Below are positions 57,158-64,000 of a DNA stretch of 64,000 nucleotides, piece by piece. How positions within the stretch are numbered: the first letter of the stretch is position 1; every line of letters starts with the position of its first letter. The translations under genes were made by a program, and so were the position numbers. Below the pieces are notes generated by a model. That model worked only from the letters and a program-made list of their open reading frames with translations. It did not search any database and was not told the DNA's origin. Source of the DNA: Candidatus Paralachnospira sangeri (GTDB taxonomy: Bacteria; Bacillota; Clostridia; Lachnospirales; Lachnospiraceae); NCBI GenBank assembly GCA_904397815.1, contig CAJFOT010000128.1, positions 6,027 to 70,026 on the forward strand. The letters are read 5' to 3'.

Positions 57158-59725
57158 ATGGGAGCATTTGATAAGATTGACAGCGGCCTTCCTTCTGTAG
57201 ATCAGCTGTTGGATCATATACGGCTTGGTGACAATGTGGTATGGAGCGTGTCGGATCTGGAGGATTTCAAATTTTTCGCTTTACCCTTTGTGGAGCAGGC
57301 GATCCGGGACGGGCGGAATATGATTTATATGCGGTTCGCCAGCCATGAGCCTCTGCTGACGCCCAGAGAGGGGCTGAAAATCTATGAATTTGACCCGGAT
57401 AAAGGCTTCGAGGCTTTTACCGTGGACATTTATAACCGGATTACAGAGGAGGGGAGGGAAGCCTTTTATGTATTCGACAGTCTGTCCGCTCTCCAGTCTG
57501 TCTGGTATACGGATCTGATGATGGGTAATTTTTTCCGGGTGACCTGCCCCTATCTCTTCCGCCTGGATACGGTGGCATATTTTCCGGTGATCCGGGGGCG
57601 GCATTCCTTCGACGCTGTGGCCAGGATCCGGGACACCACCCAGCTGCTGCTGGATGTCTGCAGCAGCGGCCGGCAGATTTACCTGCATCCACTGAAGGTG
57701 TGGAACCGCTATTCCGCGAAAATGTTTATGACCCACGGCGGAGACAGAGATATCGGGGTGTTTGCGCCGCTGACAGATGGCGTCACGCTGAGCCGGTACT
57801 ACCAGCTGCTGGAACAGGACAGTATTGCCGGCCAGGATCAGAACTATGACAGCCATGATCGTTTCTTCTCCATGGCGAAGCTGGAGTATCAGCATGGGGT
57901 TTTCAGCGAGGAGACAGAACAGCAGATTCTGGAGAGCACCATGACAAAGGATCCCCGGCTCCAGAAAATGGTGAAGGAATATTTTACACCGGATGATTAT
58001 TTCAGGCTCCGCAACCGGATGATCGGCAGCGGCTCCATCGGCGGAAAAGCCTGCGGCATGCTGCTGGCCCGGAAAATCATCCATTCCCGCGTCCCGGAAT
58101 ACCTGCGGTACCATGAGCCCCATGATTCTTTCTATATCGGCTCAGACGTGTATTATACCTATATTGTCTCCAACAGCTGCTGGGAGCTCCGGATTGCCCA
58201 GCGGACGGAGGAGGGCTACTTCGAGCGGGCAGAAGCGTTGAAGGAAGCCCTCCTTAACGGCACCTTTCCCTCCAATATACGGGAGAAGTTCCGTTCTCTG
58301 CTGGAATATTACGGGCAGAGTCCGATTATTGTGCGTTCTTCCAGCTTCCTGGAGGATGGCTTCGGTAATGCCTTTGCGGGAAAATATGAGTCCGTGTTCT
58401 GCGTCAACCGGGGCACCCCGGAGGAACGGCTGGAGGCCTTTGAGGACGCAGTGAGAAGGGGTTATGCCAGCACTGTGGATCTCTCAGCCCTGGAGTATCG
58501 GAAGATTCAGGGGCTGGAGGGCCATGACGAACAGATGGCCATACTGGTGCAGCGGGTGTCCGGCTCTTATTACGGAAACTGGTTCTTCCCGTCAGCAGCG
58601 GGAGTGGGGTACAGCAGAAGCTTCTACCGCATGGACAAAAACATGGATCCCGCCGCCGGGCTGCTCCGTATCGTGACAGGCCTGGGAACGAGAGCGGTGG
58701 ACCGCACAGAAAATGATTATCCCCGCCTGGTAAATCTGGACCGGCCTGCAGTCTCTATGTATACGAATGAGAGAGACCGCCACCGCTTCTCTCAGAGAAT
58801 GATGGATGTTCTGGATATTCCCAGCAATGTCCTGACGACAATCCCGGCGGAGCAGATGATGGATCAGCTGCCTCTCTGGTTAAAAAAAGCTGTGATGGAG
58901 CGGGACAGGGAGGCGGAGAGCGCTCTTCAGAGGATGGGCAGACGGCAGGAGGTATGGTTCGTCACCTGCCAGAGATTGTTGGAAAATCAGGCGTTTACCG
59001 GTTTTATGCGAAATATTCTGAAAACGCTGGAAGAGGCGTACCACAATCCGGTGGATATCGAATATACCGTCAATCTCAGCGAAGATGGCGAGTTTGTGGT
59101 AAATCTGGTTCAGTGCCGGCCGCTGTACACCGGGAAGGAGGGAAAAGCAGTTCAGATCCCCCGGCTGCCGCAGGAACAGACATTCTTCCGGCTCCGGAAT
59201 TCCTCTATGGGAAATTCGGCAGAAATGGAAATCCAGGCCGTGGTGCAGATCGATCCGGTGCAGTATTATAACTATCCCTACGCCCTCAAGACAAAGGTGG
59301 CGGGAGCGATAGGGCGGATCAACCGCTTTTTCCGCCAGAAAGGCTGGAACCTGCTGCTGACTGCGCCGGGCCGGCTGGGCACTTCCTCGCCGGAACTGGG
59401 CGTCCCGGTCAGCTTTGCAGATATCTCAGGCTTCCGGGCCATCTGCGAGGTATCCGACAGCCGGGCCGGCTATCTGCCGGAACTGAGCTACGGCAGCCAC
59501 ATGTTCCAGGACCTGGTGGAAGCAGACATCGCTTACCACGCCATCTGGAACGACAAACGGACTCTCTGCTACAACGAAAATTTTTTTCAGGGCCGGGAAA
59601 ACCTCTTCCCGGAAATCTGCCCCGACATGACAGACCTCTTTGAGATGATCCATGTATGGAAAACCCCCGGACTGGGCTGCTGGAACGATCCCCTGTCCGG
59701 AATGGCGCAGTGCGGGTGGAGATGA
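57158..59725 (+). CDS. PEP/pyruvate-binding (PPDK_N ATP-grasp) domain protein with an N-terminal degenerate KaiC/RecA-like domain
   Basis: 855 aa. The N-terminus GLPSVDQLLDHIRLGDNVVWSVSDLEDFKFFALPFVEQAI...AFYVFDSLSAL shows a KaiC-like layout without a Walker A. The middle region IGGKACGMLLARKI...IVRSSSFLEDGFGNAFAGKY is PPDK_N-like. I saw no swivel-His domain or PEP-utilising TIM barrel. Confidence 0.8.
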   Translation: MGAFDKIDSGLPSVDQLLDHIRLGDNVVWSVSDLEDFKFFALPFVEQAIRDGRNMIYMRFASHEPLLTPREGLKIYEFDPDKGFEAFTVDIYNRITEEGREAFYVFDSLSALQSVWYTDLMMGNFFRVTCPYLFRLDTVAYFPVIRGRHSFDAVARIRDTTQLLLDVCSSGRQIYLHPLKVWNRYSAKMFMTHGGDRDIGVFAPLTDGVTLSRYYQLLEQDSIAGQDQNYDSHDRFFSMAKLEYQHGVFSEETEQQILESTMTKDPRLQKMVKEYFTPDDYFRLRNRMIGSGSIGGKACGMLLARKIIHSRVPEYLRYHEPHDSFYIGSDVYYTYIVSNSCWELRIAQRTEEGYFERAEALKEALLNGTFPSNIREKFRSLLEYYGQSPIIVRSSSFLEDGFGNAFAGKYESVFCVNRGTPEERLEAFEDAVRRGYASTVDLSALEYRKIQGLEGHDEQMAILVQRVSGSYYGNWFFPSAAGVGYSRSFYRMDKNMDPAAGLLRIVTGLGTRAVDRTENDYPRLVNLDRPAVSMYTNERDRHRFSQRMMDVLDIPSNVLTTIPAEQMMDQLPLWLKKAVMERDREAESALQRMGRRQEVWFVTCQRLLENQAFTGFMRNILKTLEEAYHNPVDIEYTVNLSEDGEFVVNLVQCRPLYTGKEGKAVQIPRLPQEQTFFRLRNSSMGNSAEMEIQAVVQIDPVQYYNYPYALKTKVAGAIGRINRFFRQKGWNLLLTAPGRLGTSSPELGVPVSFADISGFRAICEVSDSRAGYLPELSYGSHMFQDLVEADIAYHAIWNDKRTLCYNENFFQGRENLFPEICPDMTDLFEMIHVWKTPGLGCWNDPLSGMAQCGWR

Positions 59726-59734
59726 GGGTTTTCA

Positions 59735-59790
59735 ACAAAAAAGTCAGCCGTGTAACAGTTCCCGCAGCTGTTACACGGCTGACTTTTTTG
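59735..59790. terminator. Bidirectional Rho-independent terminator
   Basis: An A-run, then the 16-bp stem gtcagccgtgtaacag / ctgttacacggctgac (59743-59783), then TTTTTT. It lies between convergent genes. Confidence 0.85.
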
Positions 59791-59830
59791 TTCGGGTGGG
59801 TGACAGCCCCCTAAACGAAAACATTTACTA

Positions 59831-61834
59831 TTACTTATCAGTCATCATCATCATGATATCGTTGCTTCTCCTGATGAATTCGGTCATCCGCTCCGGTGTC
59901 AGTGTTCCGTGGCTTAACTGTGCCAGGTCGTACAGCTGCTGACAGATGACGGGCGCCTGCTCGGAATCTTTATGGCTGGTCAGGTACTGTACCAGCGGAT
60001 GGCTGGCGTTTAATACCAGGGTCTGTCCTTCGTTTGCGCCGCCGAAGAGGGAAGCGTCCATACCGTACATCTTCATCATATCCTGCATTCTGCGGCCTTC
60101 CTCAGATACAGTAATCATGGAAGCGACAGAAGCGTTTTTCAGTTTTTCTACCTTCACTTCCAGTTTTTCCATATTTAAGGCGTCTCGGAAGGCTTTGGTC
60201 AGATCCTCGGTATAGGTCTTGATCTGTTCTGCCTCGCTGTCATCCACTGTTTCCTTAAAGGAATCGGTGAGATCCGCGTCGATCCGGACGAAGTGAAGGT
60301 TTTCATTTTTCTGTTCTGTGTGGCTGATGAAGGGGGTATCGATATTGTGGGGCAGCAGCACCGCGTCGATGCCTTCCTGGCGGAACATATTGATGTACTG
60401 ACTCTGTTCCTTTTCATCTGTCACATAGAAAATGGTGTTTTCATGTTTCTCCTTGTTCTCTTCCAGGCACTCGGAGAGGGTGAGATATTTGCCGTCGATG
60501 TTCTTATAAAGGATGTAATCCTTCATCTTATCGTCAAACTTCTCATCCTTCAGGCAGCCGAACTTGATGAAGGGACTGATATCATCCCAGTATTTTTCAT
60601 AGTTTTCCTTGTCGGTCTTGCACATGCCGCTTAACCGGTCAGCCACCTTCTTGGTGATATAATCGGAGATCTTCTTTACGAAGCCATCGTTCTGCAGAGC
60701 GCTTCTGGATACGTTCAGCGGCAGGTCAGGGCAGTCAATCACACCCTTGAGCAGCATCAGGAACTCAGGGATTACTTCCTTAATATTATCCGCGATGAAT
60801 ACCTGGTTGTTGTACAGCTTGATAACGCCCTCGATGGAGTCGTATTCCATATTGATCTTCGGGAAATATAAGATTCCTTTCAGGTTAAAAGGATAGTCCA
60901 TGTTCAGGTGAATCCAGAACAGCGGCTCCTTGTAGTCGTGGAATACCTTCCGGTAGAAGTCTCTGTATTCCTCCTCCGTACACTCGTTGGGGTGCTTTGC
61001 CCAGAGGGGATGGGTATCATTGATGGGCTCGGGGCGTTTCAGGATCTTTACCTTTTCCTTCCGGGGAGAAACCTCTACAGTTTCCTTTTCGCCGTTTTCA
61101 TTTTCCCGCTCTTCGGTCTTGGCTTCCTCCACGATGTGTTCAATGACAGTATCGGTATCCTTTACGTCAGCCTCATCGATGGTTTCGTATTCAGGCTCCT
61201 TGCCTTTTACAGTCAGATAGATTTCTGTGGGCATGAAAGAGCAGTATTTCTCCAGAACCTCTCTCGCCCGGTATTCATTGGCAAATTCTACGCTGTCTTC
61301 GTTAAAGTAGAGGGTGATGGAGGTACCGACTTCTTTCTTGTCGCTGTCGGTCATCTCATACTCTGTGCCGCCGTCAGACTCCCAGTGGACAGCTGTGGCC
61401 CCTTCTTTATAGGAAAGCGTATCGATGGTTACCCGGTCTGCCACCATAAAAGCGGAGTAGAAGCCCAGGCCGAAATGGCCGATGATCTGGTCCTCGTTGG
61501 TCTTGTCCTTATATTTTTCCAGGAAATCCTGGGCGCCGGAGAAGGCGATCTGGTTGATATACTCATCTACCTCCTCGAAGGTCATGCCGATACCGTTATC
61601 GGTGACAACGGCTGTCTTTGCCTCCGGATCCAGTTCCACTGTAACCTTTGCCTTGTAATCATCGGGAAACTGGTATTCACCCATGATCTCCAGCTTTTTC
61701 AGTTTGGTGATGGCGTCACAGGCATTGGAAATAAGCTCTCTATAAAAAATGTCGTGATCGGAATACAGCCATTTTTTTATGATCGGAAAAATATTTTCAC
61801 TGTTAATCGATAAACTTCCTGATTGTTTACTCAT
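59831..61834 (-). CDS. htpG: Molecular chaperone HtpG (Hsp90)
   Basis: MSKQSGSLSINSENIFPIIKKWLYSDHDIFYRELISNACDAI, with GQFGLGFYSAF-type motifs. I chose the ATG at 61834 (AAGGAG 8 nt upstream). Confidence 0.97.
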   Translation of the reverse strand: MSKQSGSLSINSENIFPIIKKWLYSDHDIFYRELISNACDAITKLKKLEIMGEYQFPDDYKAKVTVELDPEAKTAVVTDNGIGMTFEEVDEYINQIAFSGAQDFLEKYKDKTNEDQIIGHFGLGFYSAFMVADRVTIDTLSYKEGATAVHWESDGGTEYEMTDSDKKEVGTSITLYFNEDSVEFANEYRAREVLEKYCSFMPTEIYLTVKGKEPEYETIDEADVKDTDTVIEHIVEEAKTEERENENGEKETVEVSPRKEKVKILKRPEPINDTHPLWAKHPNECTEEEYRDFYRKVFHDYKEPLFWIHLNMDYPFNLKGILYFPKINMEYDSIEGVIKLYNNQVFIADNIKEVIPEFLMLLKGVIDCPDLPLNVSRSALQNDGFVKKISDYITKKVADRLSGMCKTDKENYEKYWDDISPFIKFGCLKDEKFDDKMKDYILYKNIDGKYLTLSECLEENKEKHENTIFYVTDEKEQSQYINMFRQEGIDAVLLPHNIDTPFISHTEQKNENLHFVRIDADLTDSFKETVDDSEAEQIKTYTEDLTKAFRDALNMEKLEVKVEKLKNASVASMITVSEEGRRMQDMMKMYGMDASLFGGANEGQTLVLNASHPLVQYLTSHKDSEQAPVICQQLYDLAQLSHGTLTPERMTEFIRRSNDIMMMMTDK

Positions 61835-61873
61835 AATCACAGCTCCTTTACTAAAATCTTATCGATACTGTAT

Positions 61874-61902
61874 ATCTTAATACCTGAAAGGCCGGTTGTC
61901 AA
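61874..61902 (-). promoter_or_regulatory. htpG sigma-A promoter
   Basis: On the minus strand: TTGACA (61902-61897), a 17-nt spacer and TAAGAT (61879-61874). Confidence 0.55.
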
Positions 61903-61909
61903 GAAAAAA

Positions 61910-61936
61910 TTAGCACTCATTTCAGATGAGTGCTAA
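61910..61936. promoter_or_regulatory. CIRCE element (HrcA operator)
   Basis: TTAGCACTC-atttcagat-GAGTGCTAA is a perfect match to the CIRCE consensus TTAGCACTC-N9-GAGTGCTAA. Confidence 0.9.
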
Positions 61937-61945
61937 TAAAAACGT

Positions 61946-62437
61946 TTATTCGAACGGGATGGCCAGCTGGCGCAGCAGCTTCCGCACCGTATCGTCCCAC
62001 AGCTGCTCCAGGCTTTTGTTCATGGAAAAGGTATTCAGGGATGTCCCCGATATGGCGGTAAGGCCATGTTTTTCATAGCGGAAATTCAGATACAGCCCGC
62101 CGATTTCATCCATGGAAAACGGCACCGGATTCTGCTGAATCAGTCTCTGGATATTGTCCCGGGACAGAGCCAGGGCAATCTGAAAGGAGAGGGGCAGACG
62201 GGTTCCTTTGATCAGGGAAAAGCATACCGGCCGGATGGCCTTCCATTCCATCAGAGCAGTATCCCGCATGGCGTCCAGCTCCTCCTGAGAAAAAAAGTCC
62301 TTTTTCATTCCGCCGTCGATGATATAGGTATTCGAAGTGGTGATCACGGCTTCCTTCAGAAGAAAATAGTCGAAAGACGGCCGGGCAAAGAGATGGGCTG
62401 TGGCAGTTTTTAAATCCGGCAGCTGTAAACCAATCAT
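61946..62437 (-). CDS. Conserved hypothetical protein
   Basis: A 163-aa ORF with good coding appearance (MIGLQLPDLKTATAHLFARPSFDYFLL...). I could assign no family from the sequence alone. Confidence 0.6.
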   Translation of the reverse strand: MIGLQLPDLKTATAHLFARPSFDYFLLKEAVITTSNTYIIDGGMKKDFFSQEELDAMRDTALMEWKAIRPVCFSLIKGTRLPLSFQIALALSRDNIQRLIQQNPVPFSMDEIGGLYLNFRYEKHGLTAISGTSLNTFSMNKSLEQLWDDTVRKLLRQLAIPFE

Positions 62438-62531
62438 AGTAATCCTCCCAAATGATAGTTGTCTTTGGCTATAAGTATACGGCAGCCGGCGGAAAAAGAA
62501 AAGAAAAAAGTGACTGCCGAAACGAAAAATC

Positions 62532-62567
62532 GTAACAGTTCAGCCATGCAGGCCACAGACCGCCTGC
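62532..62567. repeat. Copy B of the 36-nt dispersed repeat
   Basis: gtaacagttcagccatgcaggccacagaccgcctgc is 34/36 identical to 40004-40039. Confidence 0.85.
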
Positions 62568-62691
62568 AATCGGGATTGCCGGAACGTGTGGGGTATGATA
62601 AACTGAAGCTGTCTCAAGAGATTGTGCCGATACAGGAAAGAAGGAAGTGACTGGGATGTGCAGGAACACGAAAAAGAGGAACAAAGCTTTT

Positions 62692-62760
62692 CTCCACGCA
62701 AAGCCGGCGCGCGACAATTGCGTGGAGTAACCTGTCGCGACAAAGATGTGCCGGCTTTGC
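62692..62760 (+). promoter_or_regulatory. Structured leader with mutually exclusive helices upstream of the small HTH gene
   Basis: H1 is ctccacgcaa (62692-62701) with ttgcgtggag (62718-62727). H2 is gcaaagccggc (62698-62708) with gccggctttgc (62750-62760). H3 is cgcgaca (62710-62716) with tgtcgcg (62733-62739). H1 is incompatible with H2 plus H3. Confidence 0.45.
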
Positions 62761-62792
62761 TGCCTGATGATCAGATCAAGGAGGAAGCCAGC

Positions 62793-63056
62793 ATGAAATA
62801 TTATAATGCAAACATGATACTTCCGGATGCTCTGGTGAAGGAGCTGCAGACTTATGTCCAGGGCGGTTATATCTATGTTCCCATCGAACCTAAACGGCAG
62901 AGGCGCTGGGGAGAAGTCTCCGGCTACCGTCAGGAACTGAAGGAGCGCAACCGGCAGATCAGAGAGGCATATCGGAAAGGGATTCCCATGGAACGCCTGT
63001 CTGAAACATATAGCCTGTCCCTGTCTGCTGTCCGGAAAATTATATATCAGAAATAA
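62793..63056 (+). CDS. Small CD3324-like / Mor-like HTH protein
   Basis: 87 aa. MKYYNANMILPDALVKELQTYVQGGYIYVP...WGEVSGYRQELKERNRQIREAY...LSLSAVRKIIY. The RBS AAGGAGG is present. The track start at 62622 lies in the structured leader. Confidence 0.7.
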   Translation: MKYYNANMILPDALVKELQTYVQGGYIYVPIEPKRQRRWGEVSGYRQELKERNRQIREAYRKGIPMERLSETYSLSLSAVRKIIYQK

Positions 63057-63182
63057 TGCTGCGGGGCTGCCGGAAGGCGGCCCTGTGTTTATTTCGGTAT
63101 CGTTCTGTGTATAGAATGTTGATCCCGGCAGCGGTATGATAAAAAAGAAGGAAGTATGAAATAGGTTAAGAAAGGAGCCGTT

Positions 63183-63830
63183 ATGACACAGAAAATCTAT
63201 CCCCGTTCCCGTGACAGGGAAACGGTCTATCTGAAAAGTGTTGTCAGCAATCCCAATATTATCGTCGGAGATTATACGATGTATCATGACTTTGTCAATC
63301 ACCCTGAGGATTTTGAGAAGAATAATGTTTTGTATCAGTATCCGGTCAATCAGGACAAGCTGATCATCGGCAGGTTCTGCTCCATCGCCTGCGGCGCCAG
63401 ATTTCTGTTCAACAGCGCAAATCACAGGCTGTCGTCTTTGTCCACCTATCCTTTCCCCATATTTTTTGAGGAATGGGGGCTGGATGTAAAGGATATTACA
63501 AAAGCGTGGGACAACAAAGGAGATATTGTAATCGGAAATGATGTGTGGATCGGCTATGAGGCTGTCATTCTGGCCGGGGTCACGGTCGGCGACGGCGCCG
63601 TCATCGGGACACGGGCTGTTGTGACAAAGGATGTTCCTCCCTATACCATCGTAGGCGGTGTTCCGGCGAAGCCGATCAGAGAGCGGTTCAGCCGGGATAT
63701 CATTGACTCTCTGCTCCGGATAAAATGGTGGGACTGGCCGGCGGAGGAGATTTCACGGCACATCGCCGACATACAGGCGGGAAACCTGGGCAATCTTTTG
63801 GGTGGAAATCACTGTCATGATTATGTATAA
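63183..63830 (+). CDS. vat: Vat-family (xenobiotic/streptogramin A) O-acetyltransferase
   Basis: 215 aa. [15 protein letters not shown]...[30 protein letters not shown]...[26 protein letters not shown] are hexapeptide repeats typical of Vat/XAT enzymes. Confidence 0.8.
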   Translation: MTQKIYPRSRDRETVYLKSVVSNPNIIVGDYTMYHDFVNHPEDFEKNNVLYQYPVNQDKLIIGRFCSIACGARFLFNSANHRLSSLSTYPFPIFFEEWGLDVKDITKAWDNKGDIVIGNDVWIGYEAVILAGVTVGDGAVIGTRAVVTKDVPPYTIVGGVPAKPIRERFSRDIIDSLLRIKWWDWPAEEISRHIADIQAGNLGNLLGGNHCHDYV

Positions 63831-63882
63831 TAGGAAACAGATGAAATGTTCCATTATATGAAAAAGCAACAGGAGGATACCT

Positions 63883-64000
63883 ATGATGAATCAGGATCAG
63901 ATCACCCATTGGATAGCCTTTCTCCAGAAGGCTGTCAGCCCCTATCATTCCGTGGCGGCGGCGGAAGAGATGCTGGAGGCAGCAGGCTTTCAGCGGCTAT
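63883..64000 (+). CDS. M18-family aminopeptidase, N-terminal fragment (runs off the window)
   Basis: AGGAGG then ATG at 63883. MMNQDQITHWIAFLQKAVSPYHSVAAAEEMLEAAGFQRL resembles aspartyl aminopeptidase N-termini (SPxxFH...GF..L). Confidence 0.5.
   Translation, partial: MMNQDQITHWIAFLQKAVSPYHSVAAAEEMLEAAGFQRL

Overview
The window looks like a chromosomal segment of a Gram-positive anaerobe, probably Clostridia and Lachnospiraceae-like. This rests on gene content and synteny read by eye: spoIIM, MinCDE, a Cheo-type LexA box and a CIRCE operator. No searches were possible. It holds about 60 protein genes, almost all on the + strand and tightly packed, and I recognised no rRNA, tRNA, CRISPR array or obvious mobile element.

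Housekeeping blocks, in order:
- corA, pyk and topB
- recA, rny, a Nudix gene, spoIIM and xerD
- an aminotransferase and a DAP-decarboxylase-like gene
- a GH25 lysozyme, then mutS, mutL, miaA and ynbB
- DUF4321, radC, mreC, mreD, PBP2, minCDE, rodA, mgsA and a DD-carboxypeptidase (no mreB at the usual position)
- sepF, ylmH, aroB, lspA and rluD
- htpG, which has a perfect CIRCE

Most interesting region (10.5-16.3 kb): a sigI-rsgI pair is followed by a tightly coupled four-gene unit.
- The four genes are a lipoprotein, a VTC/TTM polyphosphate-polymerase-like protein, a DUF4956 membrane protein and a membrane-anchored CotH kinase.
- The lipoprotein is a paralogue of the RsgI ectodomain and carries seven exact 15-aa acidic repeats.
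- A sigma-I-type promoter motif (CCCC-N19/20-CGTAWTCT) occurs once upstream of sigI and twice in tandem upstream of the lipoprotein gene. This suggests an undescribed sigma-I-controlled extracytoplasmic module.

Other points worth a second look:
- a 1-nt frameshift in the ATP-binding motif of an activase-type ATPase at the left edge
- a PucR / GPH-transporter / two Zn-motif URO-D-like methyltransferase cassette with no corrinoid partner in the window
- nested perfect inverted repeats in a 0.5-kb gene-free region upstream of recA
- a 36-nt dispersed repeat (34/36 identical)
- a leader with mutually exclusive helices upstream of a small HTH gene next to a Vat-type acetyltransferase
- a PEP/pyruvate-binding protein fused to a degenerate KaiC-like domain
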